From assembly GCA_043228905.1 (NCBI GenBank), contig JBHGNT010000002.1, forward strand, positions 20,584,001 to 20,648,000: a stretch of 64,000 nucleotides of DNA, given 5' to 3'. The stretch is from Azolla caroliniana. Lineage: Eukaryota; Plantae; Polypodiophyta. How positions within the stretch are numbered: the stretch's first letter is position 1; each line of letters opens with the position of its first letter. This document shows, piece by piece, positions 12,098-26,017 of the stretch. A program made the translations under genes and the position numbers. The notes under the pieces were generated by a model, which made no database searches, was not told where the DNA came from, and was given only the letters and a program-made list of their open reading frames with translations.

Positions 12098-14480
12098 AAG
12101 GTTGGGTCATACACATAGGTGTGATGTTCCTACCGAGTGTACCTAACATCTAGATGGGTGCTGCCATGAGAAGTGAATGGAGGACATCTATGCTGAATTC
12201 TGTTTTGTAGAGTGTGCGTTCGGGTAATGCTATGCGCATCGAATGATGTGGTGTTTTGGAGTTGTTCTTTTGTTGTTTCATCTACACATATTATTTTCTT
12301 TTGACATGCAAGATGGCTTGTAAGATATGAGTTTTAAATTATCCCTTGTACATTACCTTAACTAATGGAAGTAGTTTTTTTTTGGAATAAAATAAAACAT
12401 CGTGCCAATAAGCTACACATTTTTGGAGAGTATTTGAAACTTAGTTGTTTTGGGACCACTTTAGCATGGTCATGTAGGACTTAACCTATAACACATACTA
12501 TACATCTATGACACATAGACCACCATCCATGAATTGTTCTATTGCTTTGCTTTGGCTTGTTTCAATTAAATGTTCGCATGTACTTGTTATTTTGTTTGAT
12601 TTTGGAGATTCTTTGATTGTTTGTAATTCTCAAACCTTTCATGTTAATTCACTTTCGACTTGTTCTACAAAATAATTTCTTCATGGGAAGTGGTTTACAT
12701 GTAGGTAAGGTTGGCCATACATTGGGATATGGATGTGCCTAAACTCCCAAAAGGTTTAATCTCAAAACCTCACCAAAGTTGACCAAAAACTTTCATTTAT
12801 CTTGATCGTCAAAAGAATCTTTCAAGCTCTGTGCCCTAATAGTTCAAAAAAAAAAAATCTATGGGGAGAAAACCTAGACTTTATTCTGAAATGTCAAGTG
12901 ACACAATCATGTTGATGCCAACATATTTTGGATAGTCCTTAACACAAAAACCCGCCTATTGCTATCTTTGTGCATGTTTTACACATATTCATACAAGTGT
13001 TGATTGTTGTTTACACTACTCCAACCCCAACAACACATGTGGCTTCAATTATGCATTGGCACAATTTCTCTTTTAGGATGGGCTGTTTATCATTTATACT
13101 CAATTGTCCAATTCATGTTTTAGTTGGATTGGACTTCAAGACTCGTACCCAGCACTCGATTCCAATTATAGGAATAGAGGAAATATGACTAAACATTGAC
13201 TTGCACAATTAATGATGGTGAAGAGCAAGATTAACATGAATGATGAGGTGATAAGATAATTAGAAGTAATAATCAAGTTCATGTCACTTCAGCCAAAAGA
13301 TCCTTCAATTGCCACGAATCCCAGAAATATATGCAAATACGATCAATTCATGACCACAACTCTTTGATATAGCAAACTCCATGGCCTAAATTTTATAAAA
13401 TAAATACAAAAATGGGCAACCATGTCGATTATGCTATATACATGAGAAAAGACAAACATAAAGGACAACCATATGAATTTTCCATTCAACGAACCTATTC
13501 TCTAGCCCTTCTCAAGATGAACAAAACTTTTGGCATCATGATTCCATCTTTTGACTAACCTTCTCACACCAAGATTAACACTATAATTTTCGAATCTCGA
13601 ATGCTAACACCACCCGGTTCTTAATCTAAAGGATCAAAAAGCATTACGAAGACCTATGAGTCTGAAGACTCATATACACCCTTTGGCTTTTTTGGCGCTT
13701 CCATTAAAGATGGTGAAGTAAAGCTTTAGATTGCTTCATCAAATTATGACAGACAGCATGTTCCTCATTGACAATGTTACAAATACTAGCTCACCAACAT
13801 CTTATTAACTAAATCCTTTCTTGGGCTCCCATATTTCCAGGTTTTCACACTTCTCTTTGTCAAGCATTGGACAACTTTGCAAGGAACCACAATATTTCAA
13901 ACCTTTATTGAAGTCGATTGACAATACACATCTAATCTTAACACGGAGAGTCTAAATCGGAAACATATTACATATCATGTTATGGTGGGCAACAATTGCG
14001 GCCATCACCACCAAAAACGTTAACAAGGGTTGATCAAGTTGTTGGGTTACTTCAAATTGGATAGACCAGAGCTGTCCCTTCAGCACTGTTAAGGTTTTTG
14101 GGGGATTTTGGATGGTTAGACTGATGTTTTGAGAGAAAGAGTTACCGTTATTAGCAAGTGTGTATACACAAATATTAGGATAGGTGACCCTACCAAGTTC
14201 TTGTCTAGACTCAAATGAGATACAAATGTCTAAATACATTTTTTCAAGCTTTCTCAACCATCTATAGAAGCCTCGGATTGGAAAACAAACAACCAAACAA
14301 ATCCCATCTACATCACTTAGCCACAACTAATTTCAACTCTTCCTCTTCTATAGGGTCCTTTATCCACATCCTTAGTGCACTACTCTGAGGCATATATATA
14401 ATCAATCATATTGCACTACCTTGTGTCATCCTCATTATATTTGCCAACACGCTTGAATGTCTCAGTCATATTATATCACT

Positions 14481-14804
14481 CTACATGAGTTCAAGCACAT
14501 CTACGACATCTCTCATCGACGGCCTTGCACTCCCTTCAGCTTGGAGACAGCTCGAGGCAAGACTAGCCAGTTGCTCGACTTGCTTTTCGGAAAATTGGTC
14601 ACCAAGCCGAGAATCGACGATATCGAGAACTTTATGTTTGTTATTCAAGTATGGCTTACTCCATTGCACTAGATTATTCTGTCGGACAGGTTGGTTAGGG
14701 TCGATCACTTTTCTTCCGGTGATGATCTCCAATAAAACCACACCAAAACTATAGACATCACTTTTGACTGTAACATGCCCTGTGGAAGGAGATACCATCT
14801 ATGA

Positions 14805-14870
<66 letters not shown>

Positions 14871-15218
14871 CTATGGTTTTTTGATGGCTTATATAAACTC
14901 TTAGCATGCTCCAAACATATGAATGATGCGATGTGTGTATGGGGAAAGAGTATATGACATATATGAAATGTTATCAATGTGTATGAAAAGAAGGGCACAT
15001 GAATTATATGCACAATAAATTCATGAAGAATGTGTTACCCGTTGCTGCATATTCGGGTGCTATGTATCCTAGAGTACCAACCACACGGGTCGAAACATGG
15101 GTATTGTTCCCTGTAGGGCCATCTTTAGCAAGGCCAAAATCTGATAATTTGGGATTATATTGCTGAGAGTATAAACAGACAAAGGGAAGGGATTAGATAT
15201 TTATGTATTTATCTATCA

Positions 15219-15259
<41 letters not shown>

Positions 15260-16503
15260 TACACACACACACGGAGTCAACAAAGATTTAGTATAAAAGA
15301 TACTAACACTATCCAAAAGGATGTTTGATGTCTTAAAATCCCTATAGATCACAGGCTGCTCGGTTTCATGCAAGAAAGCAAGACCTTTAGCTGCTCCCAA
15401 AACAATTTTAACTCGAATTTGCCATGAAAGACCCATGTTGGGACCACCTATAAAGAAAATCAAACCCGAGTTTTGAATTATTTAAGAAAAGAGACACTTA
15501 AAATGGGATTCAGAAATAGTAATTAACTCACGCCGAAAAAGATGTTTTTCCATGCTTCCACATGCCATGAACTCATAAACGAGCAATCGGTGATCCTCCT
15601 CAGCACAACATCCGATCAACCTAACAAGATGTTGATGATGGAGCTGAGCAAGATATCTTACCTCCGTCTAAATCAACAAGCACAAATAAAAAAACAAAGA
15701 GTTTCTCTTAAGCCAAGGAAATCATTCATGCACTACGCAATTATGATGCCAGATTTGCATCTTAGTTTTCATCTTTCACTGATTACCAAAATCAAAGAGT
15801 TTCTCTTATGAGGCCACCATCTTGTTCCTTGTCAGATGATATATATATTAAGAAAACATTAATCCAAGTCAAATCTAATGCAATCCCTCTTATATACAAA
15901 CCTAGTGATGAATCACCCTCAGTGGAGAAACAGAAAAATGGGTAGAGAGAATCTTTCTTAAAAATAACCTACAAAAATTATTTGGATAAAAATACAAGCT
16001 AATATTCTCCCAGTTTAACGCTTTCCAGGGTGGGAAATTTCAAATACAATAAATTTCCTCTTTAGAGAACCAAATGCTAACTATGAGCAAGTCACTACAA
16101 TTGGTAGCTTTTGACATAAGACACACAAGCATGATGCATTCGAAGCATAAGATAATGGCCATCACAGTAAAGATATGAGCTACAAGTAATGTTACCATCC
16201 ATTCTCTATGGCCTTGTGATCCCTGAAGATTGAGCTTCTTCACAGCAACCACCAAACCAGTCCCCGGGGCCGAAGGCTTCAAGGTTTGTTCATCTAACCA
16301 GCCCTTGTAGACAGTGCCAAAGCCACCTTCTCCCACCATGTTCTCCAGCTTGAAGTTACCGGTAGCAGATCTTAGGTCATCATATGAAAATTCCTGCAGA
16401 CTATTGTTGACATCTGCTGATGATGAAGTGCATATGGATACACTCAATACATCATTGCTGTTTGATGTCCATCCACTACCATTGGTTGCCTCTCCGGAAA
16501 TAC
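14481..16503 (-). CDS. Receptor-like cytoplasmic kinase, subfamily VII (PBL/BIK1-like). Exons 16503-16196, 15667-15532, 15447-15308, 15162-15039, 14779-14481; first exon not located
   Basis: Motifs [69 protein letters not shown] and [17 protein letters not shown] junctions are frame-consistent, including the 136- and 124-bp exons typical of RLCK-VII. Confidence 0.93.
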
Positions 16504-17641
16504 CTAACCAATGCACAACCCTTTCTGAGAAATGCTTTCTGCAAGGGCAAAACCAGATTCCTTGAGTTCAATAACAAAGATTTGCTTACTCAACTACTGC
16601 CATTATATGCTGATGATATTTTTCATGTAACATAGGTATATTACAAAGAAATTGACATATCACAAAGTTTCAATCACAAGATTAGTAGGTTCTCAAATCA
16701 ATGTACCCAACACTAGGCTTAAAGTCAGTTAAAACAACTCAGTGTTAACGAAATGCTCAAAACATTATGAAATCTTGGACTTTTTAAGCATTTGGAATAT
16801 TCCCAAAGCATTGTATCTCAATGCATAGAAAAGAGGCTACCATCAGGGAGCTTTTAAATTTTCCTTTTAAACAGAAAGTCATAACTTTCGCACTACAGCT
16901 ACAAATTGGACAAACCTTCGTGTTTTGGAATCCTCTCACTAAGATCTTGCAAATAACAAGACACATGATAACAGTTTTCAGTAGCATCTAATTTAATATT
17001 AAGCCAACATCAAATGCATAGGTATATTGATGGCATGGTATTTGTTACAAGGTCCAATTTTGAGTCCAAATTTTCCGTAACGTAAAGTAAGAGACACAAC
17101 CAAACCTCTTGAGCTTTTTGATTCTCTCAACTACCTTGACACTGATGCCCATGAAACATCAAATGCTAGAAATGCGAGGAGTCAGGCATCTCTATTCAAT
17201 ATGGATTGGATACTACCAAGTCACACTCAATTACACAAGCACTGATCCTAGCTGTGAGAAAATGGAAGTAATAATAAAAAGGGACCAAGATCAAAAAATG
17301 GAACTGCAAAACAATGTGGTTTTACACCAGAGGATAAATGCATTGACTTGATTGCTCAGAAAAACCAATAAATAAAAAACAGAATACGAAAACTAAAGAA
17401 GAACAGTGCTATATGCTTAAGACAAATAATCAAGATAGAGTCATGTTGAAATAAAGATAGACAAAAACTAAAAGTAAAAACCTTGTCCCCAGGGTTCCAC
17501 AAAAAACAATCATTACCGAGTCAGAATTGGAAGAAAAACATGATTCTCTGCGAGGAAACAATGAGTTGAACGATCAAGATAGAGTCAAGTTAGGAAAAAA
17601 AACCCCAAGATTTGGTTATGCAAATGGGAAAATGCACATTA

Positions 17642-17741
17642 NNNNNNNNNNNNNNNNNNNNNNNNNNNNNNNNNNNNNNNNNNNNNNNNNNNNNNNNNNN
17701 NNNNNNNNNNNNNNNNNNNNNNNNNNNNNNNNNNNNNNNNN
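17642..17741. other. Assembly gap (100 N)
   Basis: Run of N. Confidence 1.
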
Positions 17742-17774
17742 ACACATCTTGTTTTGCTATGTTGTTTGTGTAAT

Positions 17775-17809
<35 letters not shown>

Positions 17810-19805
17810 TGTGTGTGTGTGTGTGTATGTGTCGATAATGATCAAGGGCGAGAGACCACTCTCTGCCATTGAAGCTCGTGAATATAAAACACAAGAAAGG
17901 TTTCTTGTCCACCCAAACTGCTTCGAAAGCAATACACCTTACCCCTTTTCTAGTGAGAAAGAACCTCATTTTGGTGGCAATCTATTGTTTTAAGCATTTC
18001 AATCCAATATTCCACAAATGTCCCGCTAGAATCCATTGTTTCAAGAAGCCTCGTTCACATGTACAACTAGACTTTTTAGGTAAAAGTTATTCTCTTTTAT
18101 CTAATAAGAGATATTCTGCTATGCACGCAATATATTGTTTATGTAATTGATGTTATCAACCACCATACCACATTCTTTTTCCTATACTATGTTGACATCA
18201 TTTGCATCATCATGCCTTTTGGTTTCTTGGTAATGTAGTAGTGTTGTGATTGATCGATGATCAACATTTCAATACATACCTCTTTTTCAATACCACATTC
18301 TTTTACCAAAAACTATGTGCCTTATTGACGTATTTCAATCCATACCTCTTTTTCAATGCCACATTCTTTTACCAAAAACCATGTGCCTTATTGATGTAAA
18401 ACGTCAGTGTCAATGATCTTTGATCATCATGAATTTGACCTCCAACCATACTGATGTGTACATACTCATCTAGTTATGTTGTGGTTTTTCATTCTATACA
18501 TGTGCACTAATACTGAAATATAGAAACTTTCATGAAGCTCTTTTCTTATGTAATGTGAAACCACCACAAATTATAAGGGACCCTTTCAACGCTCATGAAT
18601 GTTAAAAGACTATTGAACGTCCTATACTAATTGTAAGTATATCATGTCTATGACTTTAGTTCTTCAATATTTGAACCACCACAATAAGTTTGAAAATGAT
18701 GCATACTTGACAAACACACATACTTGGAGAATACACATGCCCGCATAAGAAAAGTGACTATGTCAATTTTGCTAGAACCTTCATGAGTTGGTGAGGGAAG
18801 GGTTTCCATGCTCTATGTACATGGTCTTTTCCTTACATTCCCACTCATCTATTGTTGCATACCTAACAAAAATAGGTGGGGCTTCTTGTGTAAGCAAGTC
18901 TAAGATAAAAGCAAAGACCCTTTTGATATTGACCATGAGCCAAATTTTCAACCACGCAAAAGACCCATTTTAAGAAACATCAACACTAGAAGCGGAAATT
19001 CGGCGTATATCCCTTGTAGTTTCACACCCCCAATTTGAGAGTAAAGATGTTTATTATAATTCATGTTTAGGTACTACGTAGCAGGAACTAAAGCATCTTA
19101 ATCTTGTTTCTTTTCTAATATTACATTTATATCCACATATCAATGGACTAATGTTTAAACCAACATCCCCCTTCATAATCATGCATACAGTCATCTTGAT
19201 AATTGCATTGATAATAATACCAGCTTACCTTCTTATCTATACATATTTGTTACCATGGCACAAATTGTGTTTACACTTTGGACATACATACACCCATTGC
19301 ACATACTATGTATGCAAGGTCTTGAAACACATGGTTCAAATCCCATTAGAGTTACCTCGGAACAGACAATCAAAGACATGCCTTTGACAGAGCAAAGTTC
19401 AGAGTCATATGTAGTCATAATGCAACAACCATTGCATTGCGCTTTCCAGAATCTAATGATTAACTCTTCTACATTGTTTTTCACTCCAATTAGCTATGGA
19501 TATGTGGTAATTTAGTGACTTCATATGTCTCGAGGTTTACTTAAATCCACAAACTTGGCTGATAGAGCTGCAGATACAGATTGAGTTTATGTTGTAATAT
19601 GGTAGGTACGAGAGAATAAACATATTTCCACCTCATATCTTCAACGTGATAGCAACATTAGATTCGTCTTGTAAAACGAAAGAACAATTGGGCTTCACTT
19701 CCACAAACTTTGGTCCCATCGAAACTTAACCCATTCAAGATAGGGTGGTCTATATATATATACACCTTGTAAATCGTGCAGATAGTCAGGTAAAAAAATA
19801 CACTG

Positions 19806-21305
19806 CTAGATAGCATTATTCACCTCGGACCATGCTGGCACCACCACATCAAACCGCATCATAGGTTTGTAGTTCCTTGGAGGCATCGCTCCGGCTTGTA
19901 CACAAACCTCGACTACCGCCGGAGCCTTCCCATAATACCTTCTCATTTCATTAACCAACAGAGGGGCCGAGGGATCGGGCACATGCCAGACATACTTAGG
20001 AGGTATAATATCATCAATCCCGGCTACTTGCCAGCCATGTTGCCCTTGCCTCCATTGATGTTTAAATTCCCCACATAACCTTACTTTATGACCTCTTGGC
20101 CCAATGTGCACTTCAGGGCAATATCCACAAACCCTAATGGCATACCTCTCCATCAGCAACCGCGTCATGCTCTTCATCATCTCCCACGCTCTTAATGTCT
20201 TTTCGGCGACTTGCCGAACCTTGTCGAAGCTCAAAGAAGACATGTCTGCATCTATGAAGGATTCAATGTTCTCACGCCTCCAATCGCGACATTGCTTCTC
20301 ACATTCATGTGCAAATAGATCGCGATCAATATCAAACTCTTTATATGGGTCAACAATATCGCAACCGCTGTTCTTCTTCTTGGTATCCGAGCCAATAATC
20401 TCTCTGTCAAAAATGAATAAGGATTCAATTTCTCTTTGGAACTCAGGCAACAATTGGTGAGCTTCAGTTACGTTCGCACCAGAAACGCGTCTTATGGGGT
20501 TACTCCTTCTTAAGGTCGGGTATTCAGCCGGAAGATCTACTCCAGCCTGGATACAAAGCTCTACTAATGCCGGTAGTCTCTTCACATTAAATCTATCCTC
20601 GTGCCGAATTAGCTGGAACCTATCGAAACAGTGGTAGGCATCAGGAGAAACGAACACATCGTGGATGTCTCCCTTCATCCAGACATGCCGAGAATGGCGT
20701 GTGTCACAACCCGAGCCCTCGCAAGTGGCGAGATCATGACCAATAGTGCCCACATGGGTTTCTGCACAAAACCTTCACCAAAAAAGAAGAAAAGCATTGA
20801 TATAACTAAACAACCAACCAATATGAAGAGACCATCAATTTCAGCAACAAATTGGCCCTAGAGCAGAAAAATGAATACCGATAAAAAAGAACAAAAAGAA
20901 AAAAGATACTCACTTGCATACTCTCACAGGGACAATCTCTAAGAGTTTGTGAAGTAAACAGAGGAGGGTTTTCCTGGCTTCAAGGACTATGTAAGCAACA
21001 GGAACAAGCTCTTCAACGAGGAGACCGTTGCCGGGAGGCGAGAGAGGATCCTCCAATGGCTGCTTCTTCTCTCCCTTGTCGGACAGAAAACCTCCCCTCC
21101 TCGGTGCGGAGACGAATGGTTTCTTCTTCTTCTTGGGCAAGACAGGGGGTAAGTCTGCATTCTGAGAGTAGTTAATAACATGGGAAGAAGGAGAGGGTGA
21201 GGATGACATGCCAGAGAAAAGCGGTTTGTGTGTGTTCTTGTTCTTCTGTATATCCAAGTGGAGGTGCCATTGATGGGAAGGATTAGGGTTGGGCAGAGAT
21301 GCCAT
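19806..21305 (-). CDS. APO-domain RNA-binding protein (APO1-like, chloroplast intron splicing/PSI accumulation). Exons 21305-20914 and 20772-19806
   Basis: QNADLPPVLPKKKKKPF, PP.NGLLV.ELVPVA and two APO zinc motifs (VRVCKFCAETHVG..GH..C; VCGYCPEVHIGPRGHKVRLC..FKHQWRQGQHGWQ). The splice AA|GTGAGT...AG|G is in frame. Confidence 0.92.
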
Positions 21306-21344
21306 CTATGTCCTTCAAGAAAAATGAGGGACACAGACAGAGAG

Positions 21345-21382
<38 letters not shown>

Positions 21383-22832
21383 AGAATTGGATAGATTTCA
21401 GATTGGACATGTTTTGTTGTTTTCAATGATTTGTTGGGACAATGCCTGACATACATATGTAGATTGCGTACGTTTTCCCATTGCTAAAGCCATTTGCGTC
21501 CGCTAGCTATGCCGCCACTTTTGGGCACCCCTTCTTGGGGGGTTGGGGGGGGGGGGGTTTCATTTACATATTAGGGTTTGTGGTACAACCATGACTATGA
21601 GAGTTGGGTTCTTGTTCGATGGGTCTCCATGGAGTTCCACATTACGAAATCCGACATTGGCAGTTTTTCCTGGTAAACTTTACAGCCACCTTTTCCTCAA
21701 TGGAGTTTATCGTTGATTCATCTAGTCTGACCACACAATATAGTAGGGACCACAAAGAGATGTTTGTATTTCTACCATCTTGGAGAGGCTAAAATCATGA
21801 CATGTGGAACTTGGAGAGAATCACTTTGTATGTGCCTTAGAAATAAATAAGCTCTATGATCCGAAAAGAGTGTTACAAGATTCCCCTATACGAGCACACA
21901 AAGTATTACAAGATTCCCTTTGCGTGTTTGCATGCTATTGCTAGCATCCCAAAGTTTGGATTGGCACAAGATGTGCCTCCATGTCCTTTACACCTTGCAC
22001 TCAACATCGAGGCAGCTAGCTCAATCAGCCTTGAAACTGATGTTACACTCATTCTTGACTTACATTTTGCCAATACAACTCCGTAGTGCTTGAAAGAGCT
22101 CACAAATTTAATGACTCATAGGTGTTAGCCAGCCCAATTGGCTGGAAATCTATACTTGCCTACTTACAATCCAAGCATACATCGATTCCGAAGTTTTTGA
22201 AAGATGTAACAGTGTTCGATGAGCCTCACAATTGTGTTAAGGCATCACTGTTGATTATTACTTATGACATATTTAATTACTTATTATTATAACAAAAAAA
22301 CCAATAGCTTACAGACATCTGGCACAAACACCCTGATCATTACAGTGAAGCTATGTCATTGAATTTACTAATCGCTTCTATTGCTAAAATAACATTTCAT
22401 ATACAATTTGATGTTTGGGTTAAACACTATACAACTTGTTCGTTAAACAAAGTCATGGATCACTCATCTATACATCAAAAACAAAGTTGTGAACAAAAAT
22501 GGATATAACAAGGATTGCGAACAAAAAACATATTTCCTGCAACAATGCTAAAAGAGCAGCCAATATAGCGTATCAAATATCTACACATACATACACACAT
22601 AAATAGAAAAAATATACAAATTGGAGACATCATATAAGACATGCACATGAATAAAGAAACCAGAGAATAATTTAAGCAATGAAGATCAAACTAAGCAAAT
22701 TAGGAAAATTCTGCAATATGGTCAGAGAGCTTCAAGATACAAGACCTTTCCATCAACCTAATCAAAGACAGAGAGAGGGTGAGAGAAAGAGACTTTCCCA
22801 TCACAGACTACTCAAAAGGATTTATATCTACC

Positions 22833-25800
22833 TTATCTCACTTTTGGCTTCTTCAATGGCATTTGTCTTGAGACATTTGCTGCGCGGGATTTACCCGCAG
22901 CCTTAGCCTTCATTCTCCTCCTATCATCCTCACTATCAGATTCGTCTCCTTTCTCTTTGTCTTCTTTTCTTGCTTCAGCCTCTAGTTCATCCCATGTCTT
23001 CCCCTCCTCTTCTTCAGAATCCTCCTCCTCTTCTTCTTCATCCTCCTCTGACTCAACCACTGATTCATCATCAGAATCCTCATCTTCTGACTCAGAAATC
23101 ACCTCCACATCCGAGGGCTGATACCCTTCATCCGATTCCTCTGAGTTTTCTGAGTCCGAATCGCTAACCTCCATGTTGAGAAATTCCCATCCACCATCTT
23201 CGATGAATTTCTCTGGATCATCCAGGATCGTTTTTAGAATAGGTCGCCAGTTCAAATTCATCCTACTCTCGTAATACTTTATATTCATCGAATTCATCCA
23301 TTCTTTTATGCCATCCAACGAAGTAGATGGTATTGCATCAATTCGAAGAACATCTCTTTTGAAATCCTTGAATACAATGGTCATATCAAAAGCCTTCTGG
23401 CCCAATCCTACCCTTTCTAGATTTACTATTTCTATGTCATTCAACGTAACAACCAGAAAAGGCTGTTCTATGAGTTCTACTAAACAGTTCACAGTTGGAA
23501 CTATGAAAGCCGATGCCTTGTGTGGTACTCCATGAAAACCCAATTCTCGGAAAGGCACATCAAACTCCAAATCCAAGTCTTTAAACTGAGGCTGTTCCCA
23601 TAGCTCAGACACTCTCTTCACAAAATTGTTGAACTCTGTATTTATTTTGTTCTTCCTATCCCTCTCTTGTTGCTCTTCTTCAATCTCATCTGGATCATAT
23701 GTGCTTCTCCTTCCACCACCCAAAGTCTGAACCACATCCATCACTTCCACAAAGAATTGCACATCTTTCGTCTTCTTATTCCCTACCATGATGAAATTGT
23801 GGAGATGGAAATGTAACAATGTGATCATCTCCTTCTCCGCTGGCTGGAAAAACGCATGTTTGATATTTCTATACATGATATCAACCTTCTCATCAGGTTT
23901 CATGGTCGAATACCGAAACCCATTTACATGTGCTTCTAAAGTCCCACTCAATTTCCGTCCTTTGCCACCAAACACTGGTCTAATCCATAGATCAGAGAGT
24001 CTAATTGGCTTTCCTTTCATAAGCTGTAGCTTTTCTTGAGTGACAAGAGTAGCTCTCTCAGCCTTTTCTGATTCTCTTAGTGCAACTTGTCGCCGCAATG
24101 TCTTAATCATTTGGACAACTTGGTTCGTGTGCTTAGTGTCACTAGACCTAAAAGAAACTTCTTTAAGGTAAATTGCTCCAGGATATTTCTGAGAAGCTAG
24201 ATCCGTGGCCGAATACCCAGTTCCAGGGACATTGAAAATGATCCGAATGTAAGAGTGCCCACCATCTTGCTGGCTTGTGACGCTCTTCACAGTGGCAATA
24301 TGGAAAGGAACCATTAAGCCATATACAGGGAGCAAGATCGATTCATTCTTTGTATCCACATGAATCATCAATTCCTTGGAGTAAGGAATATCATCGACAT
24401 TCCGGTAAGCTACAAGATCTCCAGTAGTTCTGACTACACCTTGACCATCACCAGAGCCTAATCCCCCTGATGCCAACCGCCGTGCTGTTTCTTCATTCTT
24501 CTGGCGAGCAAGCTCAGCTTGATGCTGCCTCCGTACCTCTTCCTTGGTCATCTCTTGATTATCAGACCTTAGAGTTGCACCATTGCTACCTGGCAAAGGT
24601 TTCCTAACCTTTTCTTCTTGCACTTCTTCTTCTTCATCCTTAAAAGAATATGCAATGTCATCGAATGACTTTGAACAGTTTGAAGTTGCATTCTCGGGAC
24701 CCTTCTCTCTTATGACTACAGTGTCAGCCAGCAATAGAGAGAAATTCTTGGTCTTTGGGTCTTGTGAGCTCTGTGTCTGTAGATTCTGAAGACCTAAACT
24801 CACGTTGAAAATCATACCAGGCTTCAACACTCTTTCATTCTTAGCATTTAAGCTCAAACCTGATTCTCTAAATTCAATACCAATTCCTGTACCAGCAGTT
24901 TTAGTAATGTGAGGAAGAAATTCTCTTCCATCTTTTTCCACTACCTCTATGGCTGCCTTATATGCTGCTGAAGCAGGATTTCCAGGTTTTAAAGCACTCA
25001 TTGCAGCCTCATGAGCCTTTTGAAGCACTTTGTAAGCTTTTTCTTGCAATGGGTCAGCATCAATCAAGTAAGACCTAGCAACATTTGCACAATAACTATT
25101 ATACCGTGCACCGATGGCACAAATAATTACTCCTAATGCATCATAATATAGTGGGTCTTCATTGCTGATTGCACTTGGCCTAAGGTCGAAAACTCCACCA
25201 CTCTGAAACACGGGAGGGTAACAAATGTCGACATTTTCAGATTTCAACTTCACCTTCGCTTTACTTGGATCCACAACTGCCTTCTCAGTATCATCCATGA
25301 GTTCAGCATGAGTGATTTTCTTTTCTTCGTCAATTACAACCTCTAGTTTGTGGACAACATAGTTCTGAAGCACTGATGCACAAAGAAATGATGCTTTCCT
25401 GATGTTTTGAATTTCAGCCTCATCTTTCACAGCAAAAATCTCAGATAAACCCGCTGAGACATCGACCAAAGTGAAGCCAGATTGGTTCAAAACCTCATTC
25501 CATTTCTCCATCAATGGGCCCTCTGGAGCTTCTTTAGGAAGCCATCCAACCACACACGTATTAGGTTTCTTTCCCAAAGAAATTGCCCCCAGCATCATTT
25601 GCATAGCACTGCTTCCATCATCATCACGAGCCTTAGCATGGATCACTACTTCTAAACCAAACAATTCCTTGGAGGATTTCTGCAGCTCTTCAAGAAGCAT
25701 TGCTTTCTTATTGCTACACAATACATGGATTTGTTTCTGTAGAAACAGCATTATAGTCTCAGGAAACTCGTAACCGAGGAGCCATGTATGAAGAGCTGAT

Positions 25801-25994
25801 GATTTCAAGTATCGGAGATCCTCAGAAGGAGGAGGTGTGACGATTGCTAAGCTTTCTGATCCTGACCAATGCTCTTGTTTGTTATCTTTCCAATTTGCAT
25901 AGAGTGCTTTGATTCTCTTTCCAAAAGTGGCGAGGTTGATTTCATACTTTTTAGACGCTGTTGCCTTTGTATCTCCATTCCTCGCATCCGCCAT
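22833..25994 (-). CDS. SPT16: FACT complex subunit SPT16 (intronless CDS)
   Basis: About 1053 aa starting MADARNG. It contains YLKSSAL..WL.GYEFPET, an aminopeptidase-like NTD, GTLEAH.NGFRY, PFRELGF.GVP and an acidic C-tail with GKTWDELE.EA. Confidence 0.98.
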   Translation of the reverse strand: MADARNGDTKATASKKYEINLATFGKRIKALYANWKDNKQEHWSGSESLAIVTPPPSEDLRYLKSSALHTWLLGYEFPETIMLFLQKQIHVLCSNKKAMLLEELQKSSKELFGLEVVIHAKARDDDGSSAMQMMLGAISLGKKPNTCVVGWLPKEAPEGPLMEKWNEVLNQSGFTLVDVSAGLSEIFAVKDEAEIQNIRKASFLCASVLQNYVVHKLEVVIDEEKKITHAELMDDTEKAVVDPSKAKVKLKSENVDICYPPVFQSGGVFDLRPSAISNEDPLYYDALGVIICAIGARYNSYCANVARSYLIDADPLQEKAYKVLQKAHEAAMSALKPGNPASAAYKAAIEVVEKDGREFLPHITKTAGTGIGIEFRESGLSLNAKNERVLKPGMIFNVSLGLQNLQTQSSQDPKTKNFSLLLADTVVIREKGPENATSNCSKSFDDIAYSFKDEEEEVQEEKVRKPLPGSNGATLRSDNQEMTKEEVRRQHQAELARQKNEETARRLASGGLGSGDGQGVVRTTGDLVAYRNVDDIPYSKELMIHVDTKNESILLPVYGLMVPFHIATVKSVTSQQDGGHSYIRIIFNVPGTGYSATDLASQKYPGAIYLKEVSFRSSDTKHTNQVVQMIKTLRRQVALRESEKAERATLVTQEKLQLMKGKPIRLSDLWIRPVFGGKGRKLSGTLEAHVNGFRYSTMKPDEKVDIMYRNIKHAFFQPAEKEMITLLHFHLHNFIMVGNKKTKDVQFFVEVMDVVQTLGGGRRSTYDPDEIEEEQQERDRKNKINTEFNNFVKRVSELWEQPQFKDLDLEFDVPFRELGFHGVPHKASAFIVPTVNCLVELIEQPFLVVTLNDIEIVNLERVGLGQKAFDMTIVFKDFKRDVLRIDAIPSTSLDGIKEWMNSMNIKYYESRMNLNWRPILKTILDDPEKFIEDGGWEFLNMEVSDSDSENSEESDEGYQPSDVEVISESEDEDSDDESVVESEEDEEEEEEDSEEEEGKTWDELEAEARKEDKEKGDESDSEDDRRRMKAKAAGKSRAANVSRQMPLKKPKVR

Positions 25995-26017
25995 AACTAA
26001 TACTATATAAAGCGCTC

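Noticed and set aside
13200-14350. Possible ancient LINE remnant; likewise 21600-22100, 28600-29500 and an RNaseH-like ADHVAK trace at about 38760
   Set aside because: Only fragmentary motifs are visible, and I could not establish frame or boundaries by eye.
18270-18395. Small tandem duplications here and at 36665-36815
   Set aside because: They are real but ordinary local duplications with no functional cue.
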